Assembly (NCBI GenBank): GCA_030390025.1
Contig: CM059432.1
Location: 36,148,001 to 36,212,000, forward strand
DNA: 64,000 nt
Reading direction: 5' to 3'
Source of the DNA: Squalus acanthias
Taxonomy: Eukaryota
In this document: piece by piece, positions 44,509 through 56,740 of the stretch
How the letters are laid out: every line of letters begins with the position of its first letter
How positions within the stretch are numbered: position 1 is the stretch's first letter
Program-made: the position numbers and the translations under genes
The notes under the pieces: model-generated
What the model was told of the DNA's origin: nothing
Databases searched by the model: none
The model's input: only the letters and a program-made list of their open reading frames with translations

Positions 44509-47500
44509 TTGTTTCTCTCTCTACAGATGCTGCCTGACCTGCTGAGTACTTCCAGCATTTTCTGTTTTTATTTGGCTTCTTACTGTTTGTCACAGTACAT
44601 TCAGGCTTAAATGTAGGTTTACCCACAGAAAATAGGCATGGTATCAGGCCTTGATTGTTTGCTGTATTCTGAGGAGTGCTAGTGAAGCCTGTAACTAATA
44701 TAAATCTACAGTCTATCGTTTCCACTGTATGCATTTACTGTTTAATAAATCCGTTTAACAAGTGACTATTCTATTGCCTTTCAAAAGCAAGGAAGATCAC
44801 AAAGGGAAAGTGATACAACCAGTAACCCAAAATACAGTGGCAAGGGTTTTCTGTTTGACCCCTGGGTGCACTATAAGTTACCGAGGCATTGGACAGGTAA
44901 AGGCATACTCCAGCTTGGAGGGAGTGACAGGTCACCCACAGCACTGGTCTGAGCCTCTGAATCTGAGAAAAAAAATCTCTCGAGTAAAAATGTAACACTT
45001 GGGTTTTGAAAGCCTATAGATTGTAGTAGGAAAGAAGGACTGAGGGAAGTGAAGAGTTTCACAGCTTTGAGGACCTGGGAAAGAATGAGTCGGAGTTGAT
45101 GCAGGGAGCCCAAAGGGTAAATTCAGTAATCGGATGCTCCCAACAGGAGCCACACTAGATGGGAGCACGGGTTGGATAACTTTGTAGCCCAATCTCTCAC
45201 CCGTGCCCGTGTAGCTCCCACTGAAATTTTCCTTTGATTTCAACACAGGATATAAAGCAAAGGATGGTGTATTTAGAGCTTTGCAGGAATAAAAGAGTTC
45301 AGAGAAACACTGAGCATAGTGGTGTCAATAAAATCAAGAAATATGAAAAACCCGGAGGAATCTGTTGGTGCTTGAGTTCTGAATGCTTTACTTTGCATCT
45401 ATTCGGTACTTCGGACAAGACAGAGCCTGTTCGCACAGTAAGTTCCAGAATATTCTACTTAAAATAAAAGGTCATTTACTGTGGGGGTGGGGGAGTAACC
45501 ACTGTTGTCGTCAATCTCAATGTCTTTGAGAGGACAAATGCCAGGTGCCTCCCAGGGGAAAGTCCAGAATTGGATTGAGGATGTGGAACAAGCTATTTAA
45601 ATAGCTTTCATCAGGCATGTCACAGACACCAAGGGAGGGGAAGGAGAGAGGAGGGGCATTTTGTGCCAACATTTTGATGATTCCAGCTAGCTTTGGATGA
45701 CTTTGGTGTGACATCACATTGAGCTGAAAGAAACTTAACACATTTGAGGTCTCTGGCTCAGTCCTGCTGTGAGGCATTAACCATTGCAGGGCTGGCTAGT
45801 TCAACCATTTGAATTGTGTTTCTCATCTTAAAAGATATACCAGGACATGCATAATAGAATGCAATGTTCTGAATATTCTGTGAGAAGTCGCACAACATCA
45901 GGTTATAGTCCAACAGCTTTATTTGAAATATTCTGTACAGTTTTGATCACTTTAGCCTTCGAAAAGACATTCCTGCATTGGAGAGGGTTCAGAGACAGGA
46001 TGACGCCAGGATTCAGTGCTCTCAGTTGTAAGGAGAGACTCACAGAACTGAACTGGTTTTAGAGAATAGATGGATGATGATGGATGATCCCGGTTATTTT
46101 GGTGTCTGAGAAGAATGTAAATGCAAGTAAGTTATTTAACTGGGTCTCTGAGCACAAAACAAGAGGACGGGGTCCAAAATTAACAAGCACTAAATGAAAC
46201 ATGAAAATTAGAAGGCATTTTTTTTACTTCCACAGGTCAACCAATAAATGGAATAGACTCAGATAAAGCAGTTATTGCCATGTCGATTAACAACTTCAAT
46301 AAAGATCTGGATGGTTATCTAATTAGGAATTGGGATTTATGGCTATACTGAAAAGCACAGACAGAGGTGACTCAATACCGCTTGGAACACGTGGATCGGT
46401 GTCAAATTTTGTTTGATTACACTCCTGTGAAGCACCTTGGGAGGTTTTTACTACATTAAAGTCGCTATATAAATGCAAGTTTTTGTTGTTGCTGCTGAGA
46501 GCATGGAAATGTCATGTCAAAGGTGGGAACTTGTCTGAGATGAATAATGTAGGAGGCATTCTGGAGTTTTGCTTGACTTACCTCTGGCGACTGGGAGAAG
46601 TTTCACAGAATCTTTCTTAAGGAGAAAAGGTATGTTGGGGTAGAGTCCAGATCACCTTTGGAAGGAGGCTTGATGAGCTGAGTGGCCATTTCTCATTCCT
46701 TGCTTTATTATCTTCAGGTAGAATTCCTGATCCAATTAAGTTTCACATAAAATCCCAGTCCAGTTCTACAGTTATCCAGATTTGAGAGCCCACCCACTGA
46801 ATTTGGTCAGTGCGCTGGCTAATTCCTACCTAGAGACTTTTACCCATTGAAAAAATAGGATCGCCAAGCACCAAATGCGTCTGTTCAGTGTGTTGATCTC
46901 CAAGTTGTCTCTCCTGTTCTCCTGAGGGTGCTGCCTTGTGCTGGGTTATGATTCTATGGGCCCTGGAAATCCTCCGATACCTTTTCTAAGTGGCCATTCT
47001 CCATGTGTGGGCCTAGACAGTCTTGGCAGGCTATTCAACCATGGAAGGCATTAGAGCTGACTCTGTTTCTGGCCTTTCCTGTAATCTACACACATATTTT
47101 CCAGCAAGAGTCACTACTAGATAGTGATCAGGAGTGGGAACCTTGGCTGAATCGTCACCTCCCTAGCCCAGGAATATTGGGTTCAAGTATAGAGCTCCAA
47201 CTGCTGACTCCATGAAGGTCAGTTAACTCCGCACAGAGCATAGACTTTCTGGTCTGTGCAGATCAGCACATTTGCCTCTCAGCTATCAAGGGAGCCCTTT
47301 AACCAACAGTTTTTACTTTCTAAGTTGATGTTGCAAAGCAGTGCTGACTGCCCCTCTGTGGTTGAATATCTGGCCAACATAATAAAAATAACACTTGCAA
47401 TAATCACATCAGAGGATCTTTTCACATTTCAGAATTTCAGACTATTCTACTACAGGATTATCTTGGTATAATACATGTTAAAATGCTATTATTGAATTAA

Positions 47501-47524
47501 ATGTAGCTCTCAGGTGATTAAATA

Positions 47525-49295
47525 TCATAGGACATTGTGGTTGATAGTGGGGAAGAAAGCTGTAGACTGCAGAAAGATATCAATGGACTGGTCAGGTGGG
47601 CAAATGGAATTCAACCCAGAGAAGTGTGAGGTAATGCATTTGGGGAGGGCTAACAAGGCAAAGGAATACACAATAAATGATAGGATACTGAGAAGTGTAA
47701 AGGAACAGAGGGACCTTGGAGTGCATGTCCACAGATCCCTGAAGGTAGCAGGACAGGTAGATAAGATGGTTAAGAAGGTATACGGGATACTTTCCTTTGT
47801 TAGCCAAGTCACAGAATATAAGAGCAGGGAGGTTATGCTTCAACTGTATAAAACACTAGTTAGGCCACAGCTAGAGTACTGCGTTGCAGTGGGGAAAGAG
47901 TTAAAATGACATTGCTGGCAGTTTCACTGAATAGTGTAAAAAGACAGGGACTAACATGAAGGGCCACATCTATAAAGATGCGGTCAAAGATAGCTGACTT
48001 TTGGAGAGATATAAAACAATTAAATGGAGACAGGATGTCCAGCATTTCAACTGCCCGTGGGAACTTTATTACCTAGGTCGCATTCCAAGGTATCTTTTAA
48101 TTAGCATTCAACAGTTTGAGTGATTGATTGAAGAGGCAGCTTATACATGTTTATATTAAGATTCGTAACCAATCCGTGAAGGTGCATGCGGGCCAAGATC
48201 CAATCAGGTGGCAGGAATGAATTTAGCATGAGCTGAACATCTTTATTGTAATGTATAAAAATGTAGTGTTTGCTGTAACAATTTGGAGAAGTCTGGCTAA
48301 GACAGAGCAGACTGTTTCCCCACCGGTGCAATAAAGACAACTTGACTATCGATCTAAAACCTTGTGTCGAGTGTTGGTTTAAAATACTCCACAACAATGT
48401 ACAGTTCTGGTCACCATATTACAGGAAAGATGCGATTGCACTAGAGAGGGTACAGAGGAGATTTACGAGGATGTTGCCAGGACTGGAGAATTTTAGCTAT
48501 GAGGAAAGATTGGATAGGCTGGGGTTGTTTTCTTTGGAACAGAGGAAGCTGAGGGGAGATTTCATTGAGGTGTATAAAATTATGAGGAGCCTAGATAGAG
48601 TGGATAGAAAGGACTTAGCAGAGAGGCCAATAACATAAAAACATAAGAAATAGGAGCAGGAGTAGGCCATACGGCCCATCGAGCCTGCTCCGCCATTCAA
48701 TAAGATCATGGCTGATCATCGACTTCAACTCCACTTTCCCGCCTAATCTCCATATCCCTTGATTCCCCTAGAATCCAAAAATCTATCTACCTCAGCTTTG
48801 AATATACTCAAAGACTCAGCATTCACAGCCTTCTGGGGCAGAGAATTCCAAAGATTCACAACCCTCTAAGTGAAGAAATTCCTCCTCATCTTGGTCATAA
48901 ATGGTCTACCCCTTATCCTGAGACTATGCCCCCTAGTTCTAGACAATCCAGCCAGGGGAAACAACCTCTCAGCATCTACCCTGTCAATAACCATGGGGCA
49001 TAGATTTAAAGAAATTGGTAGAAGGATTAGAGGGGAGTTGAGGAGAATATCTTTCATCCAGAGGGTGGTGGGGAGCTGAAACTCACTGTCTGAAAGGATG
49101 GTAGAGGCAGAAACCCTCATCGCAGTTAAAAAGTACTTGGATATGCACTTGAAGTGCCATAACCTAGAAAACTACAGACCAAGAGCTGGAAGGTGGGATT
49201 AGGCTGGATAGCTCTTTTTTGGCCGGCACAGAAATGATGGGCCGAAGGGCCTCCTTCTGTGCTGTAAACTTCTATGATTCAATGATTCTATGACA
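47525..49295 (+). mobile_element. CR1 3' part interrupted by an LTR-like insert and an antisense CR1 (~48635-48985)
   Basis: LVRPQLEYC continues as VQFWSP across 47882-48396; CAATAAC is duplicated around the antisense insert; (ATTCTATG) tail. Confidence 0.8.
47882..48396 (+). mobile_element. Probable solo LTR (~515 bp)
   Basis: Discrete insert within a CR1 codon run; starts CGTTG (TGTTG-like), ends CAACA; two CCAATC boxes, TATAAAA at 48254, AATAAA at 48330; TSD unclear. Confidence 0.6.
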
Positions 49296-49429
49296 GCAGG
49301 GCTGGCAGATAACTATTAGATTTCATACGGGATGTCTGCCCCATTTCCTGGAGACAATGAAGGATAATTTGATATTGCAGCAACTGTTCACACTCATTGC
49401 TGCTCCAACAATCCTATTCATATTCCTCT

Positions 49430-52400
49430 AGGGCATAAAAACCCAAAAGGAAAAGTGATCCAACATGGCTAACAAAAGAAATTAAAGCTAGTATTAAGTA
49501 AAAGGAGGAAGCTTATAAAGTTGCCAGAAAAAGCGGTCAGCCTGAGGATTGGGATCTTTTTAGAAATCAGCAAAGGGGGACCAAGAAATTGATAAAGAAA
49601 GGGAAAATGGAATATGAGCACAAACTAGCGAAAAATATAAAAACAGATTGTAAAAGCTTCTATAGGTATGTGAAAAGGAAAAGACTGGCGAAGGTAAATG
49701 TAGGTCCTTTACAGTCAGAGACGGGAGAATTTATAATGGGGAATGAGGAAATGGCAGAGAAATTAAATAAATACTCTGTTTCTGTCTTCACGGAGGAAGA
49801 AATAAAAAACCTCCCAGAAATACGAGAAAACCAAGGGTGTGGTGAGAATGAGGAACTTAAAGAAATTACTATTAGTAAAAAAACAGTACTAACAAAATTA
49901 ATGGGACTAAAAGTCGATAAATCCCAAGGACCGGATGACCTACATCCTAGGGTTTTGAAAGAGGTGGCCATTGGGATAGTGGACGCATTGGTTGTCATCT
50001 TCCAAAATTCTATAGATTCTGGAACAGTTCCTGCAGATTGGAGGATAGCAAATGTAACCCCGCTATTTAAGAAAGGAGGGAGAGAGAAAACGGGGAACTA
50101 CAGACCTGTTAGCCTCACATCAGCAGTTGGGAAAATGCTGGAATCTATTATAAAGGATGCAATAACTGGGCACTTAGAAACTAATAGTAAGATTGGGCAG
50201 AGTCAACATGGATTTATGTCACTGCTGGTCAACATGAAAGGGAAATCCTGTTTGACAAACCTATTGGAGTTCTTTGAGGATGTAACTAGTGGAGTAGACA
50301 AAGGGGAACCGGTAGATGTGGTGTATCTGGATTTTCAGAAGGCCTTCGATAAGGTCCCACACAAGAGGTTGGTGAACAAAATTAGGGCACATGGAATTGG
50401 GGGTAATATACTAGCATGGATTGAGAATTGGTTAACAGACAGAAAACAAAGAGTAGGGATAAACAGGTCTTTTTCAGGATGGCAGGCTGTGACTAGTGGG
50501 GTACCGCAAGGATCGGTGCTTGGGCCCCAGCTATTCACAATTTATATCAATGATTTGGATGAGGGGACTAAATGTAACATTTCCAAATTTGCTGATGATA
50601 CAAAGCTAGGTGGCAGTGTCAGTTGGGAGGAGGATGTGAAGAGGCTTCAAGGGGATCTCGACAGGCTCAGTGAGTGGGCGAGAACATGGCAGATGGAATA
50701 TAATGTGGATAAATGTGAAGTTATCCACTTTGATAGAAAAAACAGAAAGGCAGAGTATTTCCTAAATGGTGAAAGATTGGGGAATGCAGATGCTCAAAGG
50801 GACTTTGGTGTCCTTGTACATGAGTCACTGAAAGTGAATGTGCAGGTGCAGCAAGCCATTAGGAAGGCAAATGGTATGCTGGCCTTCATTACATAGAAAC
50901 ATAGAAGATAGGAGCAGGAGTAGGCCATTCGGCCCCTCGAGCCTGCTCCGCCATTCGATGAGATCATGGCTGATCATCCAAACTCAGTACCCTGTCCCTG
51001 CCTTCTCCCCATATCCCTTGATACCTTTAGCCTTAAGAAATATATCTAACTCCTTCTTGGATATATTTACTGACTTGGCCTCAACTGCCTTCTGTGGTAG
51101 AGAATTCTACAGGTTCACCACTCTCTGGGTGAAGAAATTCCTCCTCATCTCTGTCCTAAATGGCTTACCCCTTATCTTTAGACTGTGACCTCTTGTTCTG
51201 GACTCACCCGCCATCGGGAACATCCTTCCTGCATCCAGTCTGTCTAGCCCTGTTAGAATTTTATAAGTTTCAATGAGATCTCCTCTCATTCTTCTAAACT
51301 CCAGTGAGTATAAGCCCAATCGACCCAATCTCTCCTCGTACGTCATTCCTGCCATCCCAGGTATCAGTCTGGTGAATCTTCGCTGCACACCCTCCATGGC
51401 AAGAACATCCTTCCTCAGATAAGGCGACCAAAACTGCACACAATACTCAAGGTGTGGTCTCACCAAGGCCCTGTTCAGCTGCAGCAAGACATCCTTGCTC
51501 CTATACTCGAATCCTCTCACTATGAAGGCCAACATACCATTTGCCTTCTTAACCGCCTGCTGTACCTGCATGCTTACCTTCATCGACTGGTGCACAAGGA
51601 CACCCAGGTCTTGTTGCACTTCCCCTTCTCCCAATCTATTGCCGTTCAGATAATAATCTGCCTTTCTGTTTTTGCCACCAAAGTGGATAACCTCGCATTT
51701 ATCTACATTATACTGCATCTGCCATGCTTCTGCCCAATCACCCAACCTATCCAAATCATACTGGAGTTTCTCGGCATCCTCCTCGCAGCACACACGCCCA
51801 CCCAGCTTTGTGTCATCTGCAAACTTGGAGATATCACATCTAGTTCCCTCGTCTAGATCATTAATATATATTGTGAATAGCTGGTGTCCTAGGACCGATC
51901 CCTGCGGAACCCCACTAGTCACTGCCTGCCACTCGGAAAAAGACCCGTTTATTCCAACTCTTTGCTTCCTGTCTGCCAACCAGTTCTCTATCCAAGTCAG
52001 TACCTTGCCCCCAATCCCATGTGCCTTAACTTTACACGCTAATCTCTTATGTGGGACCTTATTGAAAGCCTTCTGAAAGTCCAAATACACCACATCCACT
52101 GGTTCTCCCTTATCTATTCAGTTACATCCTCAAAAAATTCCAGTCGATTAGTCAAGCACGATTTACCTTTTGTAAATCCATGTTGACTTTGTCCAATCCT
52201 GTCACTGTTTTCCAAGTGCTCTGCTATTACATCTTTTATAATGGACTCTAGCATTTTCCCCACAACCGATGTCAGGCTTACCGGTCTATAATTCCCCGTT
52301 TTTTCTTTACCACCTTTTTTGAACAGTGGGGTAACATTAGCTACCCTCCAATCCATTGGAACTGTTCCAGAGTCTATAGAATTTTGGAAGATGACCAGCA

Positions 52401-54367
52401 ATGCATCTACTATTTCTAGGGCCACTTCCTTAAGTACCCTAGGGTGTAGATTATCAGGCCCTGGGGATTTATCGGCCTTTAATGCCGTAAATTTACCTAA
52501 CACCATTTCCCTACAAATACTGATTTCATTCAGTTCCTCCCTCTCATTAGACCCTATGTTCCCCGACATCTCTGGGAGGTTATTTGTGTTCTCCTTTGTG
52601 AAGACAGAGCCAAAGTATGTATTTAATTGGTCTGCCATTTCTTTGTTCCCCATTATAAATTCCCCTGATTCTGACTGCAAGGGACCTACGCTTGACTTCA
52701 CCAATCTTCTTCTCTTCACATATTTATAAAAGCTTTTACATTCAGTTTTTATGTTCCCTGCAAGCTTACGCTCGTACTCTATTTTCCCCCTCTTAATTAA
52801 TCCCTTTGTCCTCCTTTGCTGAATCCTAAACTGCTCCCAATCCTCAGGTTTACTGCTTTTTCTGGCCAATTTATATGTCCTCTCCTTTGATCTTATACTA
52901 TCCCTGATTTCCCTTGTCAGCCATGGTTGAGTCACCTTTTTTGTTTTATTTTTATGCCAGACAGGGATGAACAAATTCTGTAGTTCATCCATGCGATCTT
53001 TGAATGTTTGCCATCGCCTATCCACCGGCAACCCTTTGAGAAACATTCCCCAATCTATCCTACCCAACTTGCGCCTCATACCATCGTAGTTTCCTTTATT
53101 TAAATTCAGGACCCTAGTCTCTGAGTCAACTATTTCATTCTCCATCTTAATGAAGAATTCTATCATATTATGATCGCTCCGCCCCAAGGCGCCCCGCACA
53201 ACAAGATTGCTAATTAATCCTTTCTCGTTATATAATACCCAGTCTAAGATGGCCTGGTCTCTAGTTGGTTCCTCGACATATTGGTCCAGGAAACCATCCC
53301 GTATACACTCCAGGAATTCCTCCTCCACAGTATTGTTACTAATTTGGTTAGCCCAATCTATATGTAGATTAAAGTCACCCATGATAACTGCTGTACCCTT
53401 ATTGCATGCGTCTCTAATTTCCTGTTTAATGCCATCCCCAACCTCTGCATTACTGTTTGGGGGTCTGTATACCACTCCCACTAACGTTTTCTGCCCCTTG
53501 GTATTTCTCAGTTCTACCCATACGGATTCCACATCATCAGAGCTAATATCCTTCCTTACAATTGTGTTAATCCCTCTTTAACCAGCAATGCTACCCCACC
53601 TTCTTTTCCTTTTTGCCTGTCTTTCCTGAATATCGAATACCCCTGGATGTTGAATTCCCAGCCTTGGTCACCCTGGAGCCATGTCTCCGTAATCCCAATC
53701 ATATCATATCCGTTTACCTCTATTAGTGCAGCTAATTCATCCACCTTATTACGAATGCTCCTCGCATTAAGAGGATTTGAGTATAGGAGTAAAGAAGTCT
53801 TACTCCAATTATATAGGGCCTTGGTGAGACCACACCTGCAGTACTGTGTACAATTTTGGTCTCCTTACCTAAGGGAGTGCAACGAAGGTTCACGAGATTG
53901 ATTCCTGGGATGGCGGGACTGTCGTATGAGAAGCGATTGAGTAAACTAGGCCTGTATTCTCTTGAATTCAGAAGATTGAGAGGGGATCTCATTGAAGCAT
54001 ACAAAATTATTGCAGGGCTTGATAGGGTGGATGCTGGGAGAATGTTTCCCTTGGCTGGGGAGTCTAGAACCAGGGGCCACAGCCTTAGGATAAAGGATAG
54101 GCCATTCAGGACTGAGATGAGAAGAAATTTCTTCACACAGAGGGTGGTGAATCTTTGGAATTCTCTATCCCAGAGGGCGGTGAAGGCTCAGTCATTGGGT
54201 ATATTCAAAACAGAAGTCGATTTCTGACTAGTAAGGGCATCAAGGGATATGGCGATAGGGCCGGTGAATGGAGTTGAGGCTGAAGATCAGCCATGATCTC
54301 ATTGAATGACGGAGCCGGATCGAAGGGCCGAATGGCCTACTCCTGCTCCTATTTCTTGTGTTCTTAT
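49430..54367 (+). mobile_element. CR1 (same subfamily as 35072-38643) split by an antisense CR1
   Basis: ORF 49589-50896 stops at MLAFIT and resumes RGFEYRSK at 53770. Confidence 0.9.
50892..53768 (-). mobile_element. CR1 covering nearly all of ORF2
   Basis: ORFs 53556-53744, 52114-53532, 51107-52099; (TTCTATGT)-type tail at 50892; CATTA at both junctions. Confidence 0.92.
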
Positions 54368-54591
54368 TTGAACTCAGCAGGGGTCATTGCCAAGTTAAGG
54401 CTGGTGGACTCTGCTCTGGGGGCGGGGGGGAGTAGTTGGGGGAAGGGGGTAAGTCAGTTTTGACTAAATGTTGACACTGAAGTCAGGCTTCAAAAAAAAG
54501 AGACACAGACACCAAAAGGCAGTCTGGCTTTCGGAAAGCAGGACTCTGCACAGGCAATCTGATTGAAAAAAGGCTGAGAAAAGAGGAGAAA

Positions 54592-55002
54592 TAACAACAG
54601 AAAACGCTGGAAAAACGCCAGGCAGCATCCGTGGAGAGAGAAACAGAGTTAACGTTTCAGGTCGAAGACCTTTCGTCAGAACTGGAAAAAAGCAGGAAAT
54701 GAAATAGATTTAAAGCAAGTATAATGCTGGGAAAAGGGGGAGGGGATGAAAGAACAAAAGGCAAGGTCAGTGGTGGGATAGAAAGCAGGAGAGATTAAGA
54801 GACATTAAGAGATAATCAAGGCAAGAGGAGGTGGTAATGTGACAGGTAGAGGCTAGATGAAGTGTGAACTGCGCTGGCAGAATGAAGGACAGCTGCCAGC
54901 TTCCTTGGCCTCTATCACATATTTATATTTTTTTATTTTATTTTTTCATCCACCCTTTTGTTTGGTCTTTTTTTTCCCTCCCAGAAGCTGGCAGCTGTCC
55001 TT
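54592..55002. mobile_element. Penelope pseudo-LTR fragment with an internal inversion
   Basis: 54592-54903 is the reverse complement of 17926-17964 joined to 18711-18965; ~54905-55002 is a + copy of ~17852-17944. Confidence 0.75.
54647..54683 (-). ncRNA. Minimal hammerhead motif
   Basis: Exact reverse complement of 18864-18900. Confidence 0.75.
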
Positions 55003-55212
55003 TAGCGCCAGTCGAAAACACCGACAGCTGCAGGAGGCGGAAATCAATTTCAGGTCCGGGGCGCTACCGGGGTGATGTGCACGGCGATGACGCCATGATC
55101 TCCGGGCGAAGGCGATCGGCGTGCAACGCCATAGCGCCGCTGCAATACTCCCGCCGAATATGGCGGGAGTCGATGTCAGCGCCGCGCCCGGTCGCGAAGC
55201 AATTTGCGCCCC
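55001..55212. mobile_element. CpG-rich Harbinger-type MITE end fragment
   Basis: TTAGCGCC and GGCGCTA motifs; GCACGGCGATGACG shared with 59710; ends AATTTGCGCCCC. Confidence 0.55.
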
Positions 55213-56289
55213 GTTAACGTGCCCGCAAAGGCACCCAGTTTCACCCCCACAGTTCCCAAAGCTCTCCACCACTGGGGGGTTTCCTCACCTCATGTCTGTA
55301 TTTATTGGAAACTAATTGATAGAGATTAATTGCTATGATTAGTCAACATCTCCATTATCGTTGTATCATGTGACTACCAGGAGGGTAGAAGACGAACTAG
55401 ATAGACCTTGGTCTTTTTTCATCTAGCAATTCCTTTGCTCCTATGTGTCTCCTTGCTGTGGAATACAGCAGCTTTCAATTCAAACCAAACTTCGCCTCAT
55501 CTAGTGTTAACTCAGTCCACCTTTGGAAAGATTGAAGAAGCACACATGCAAAAGGCATGAGTATCCAGACAAAATTGCAAGGAGATGCTCTTGTTACATC
55601 CTTTAGTCACGCTATCGAGCAAGTAGATATAAGGCAGTGTGAGTCAACTCCTATAAAAGTAAAACACTGAGACCGTCTAAGGGAGCAGCTGATGCCACTG
55701 AACCTAAGAAGGTATCTATAGCAGAATTTATAACAATCTTACACGACACACAATGAATTACTTTTGATATGTAGTAATGTAAGGCAGCTGCATTTCACAC
55801 ACTACAAGATCCCATAAATTGCACTGAAGTGAATGACAGTTAATCTGTTTTTTGCGGGTGTAGGTTAAGGGAGGAATGTTGATCAGTACATTGGCAGAAC
55901 TTCCCCGCTCTTCTTCAAATAGTGTCATGGGATCTTAAACATCTACCTGAACTGCTGGAATAGGCATAAGGTCTCACCCTAAAGACGGCGCCTCTGACAG
56001 TGCAGCAGTCCCTCAGTATTCCACTGGAGTGTCGTCCTGGATTACGTACTCAATTCCTGGAGTGGGGCTTGAACCCACAACCTTTTATCCAGAGGGGTCA
56101 ATGTTACCAACCAAGTAAACACTCACTGTCTAGGTCCTACCTACAAAGAACGGCCAGGAGGTACTGGAAGGGGGTTGTCTGAACCGTGGAACTGTACCCT
56201 AGCATGAGTCAGGAGAGCAGGGGACAAAAACTAGGAGAAAAAACAATTAATACGAACTTTATTTTGCAAGAGGCTGCTGTTTAATGAGC

Positions 56290-56545
56290 ACCGTTAAATA
56301 TAAAAGAATCTGAAGAGACTGCTGCTGTGACTGACAGTCTGGACTGTGACTTTGTCACCTCTGTGATTTGTTGACTCAAAGTCTTTTCTATCCCAAGACT
56401 GATCAGTAACAATACTAAGTACAGCTGCTTTTAAATAGCAACATATGCTTTTTCCATTTATAGTGAAGGCTGCATTGTCAGGCCTGGAATGTATGGAGAA
56501 ATGATACTGTGGCATGCCTGGGAGAGCTGAGCGGAGATAAAAGGC
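56290..56545 (+). promoter_or_regulatory. Muscle-type proximal promoter of the myosin light chain gene
   Basis: MEF2 consensus TTAAATATAA 56294, E-box CAGCTG 56422, MEF2-like TTTTAAATAG 56429, CArG-like CCATTTATAG 56454, MCAT GGAATG 56486, AGATAAAAG 56535 in TATA position. Confidence 0.65.
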
Positions 56546-56632
56546 CTCTGTCCCAGACATTGTGTGTCCATTCTCTGCTCAGCCTGTGTCCCTTCCCCTC
56601 GCTGTCCTGTCATCTCTTTCTGACACCCAAAC

Positions 56633-56740
56633 ATGGCGCCCAAGAAACCAGAACCCAAGAAAGAGGAGCCAAAGAAGGAGGTGAAGCCTCCTCCGCCAGA
56701 GATCCCTAAGGAGCCTGAGTTCGACCCCAAGAAAGTAATC
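56633..56740 (+). CDS. myl3: Myosin essential light chain (cardiac/slow), exon 1
   Basis: Kozak AACATGG; MAPKKPEPKKEEPKKEVKPPPPEIPKEPEFDPKKVI; donor GTGAGT at 56741. myl3 preferred over myl4 from linkage to klhl18 (inference). Confidence 0.85.

Noticed and set aside
50219..50236. In-frame 6-aa insertion (SLLVNM) in a CR1 RT
   Set aside because: Private lesion that partly duplicates the adjacent GTCAACATG and is absent from the sister copy at ~35520
35072..54367. Segmental duplication between 35.1-38.6 kb and 49.4-54.4 kb
   Set aside because: Similarity is confined to CR1 sequence, with different 5' truncations and flanks; two insertions of one subfamily explain it
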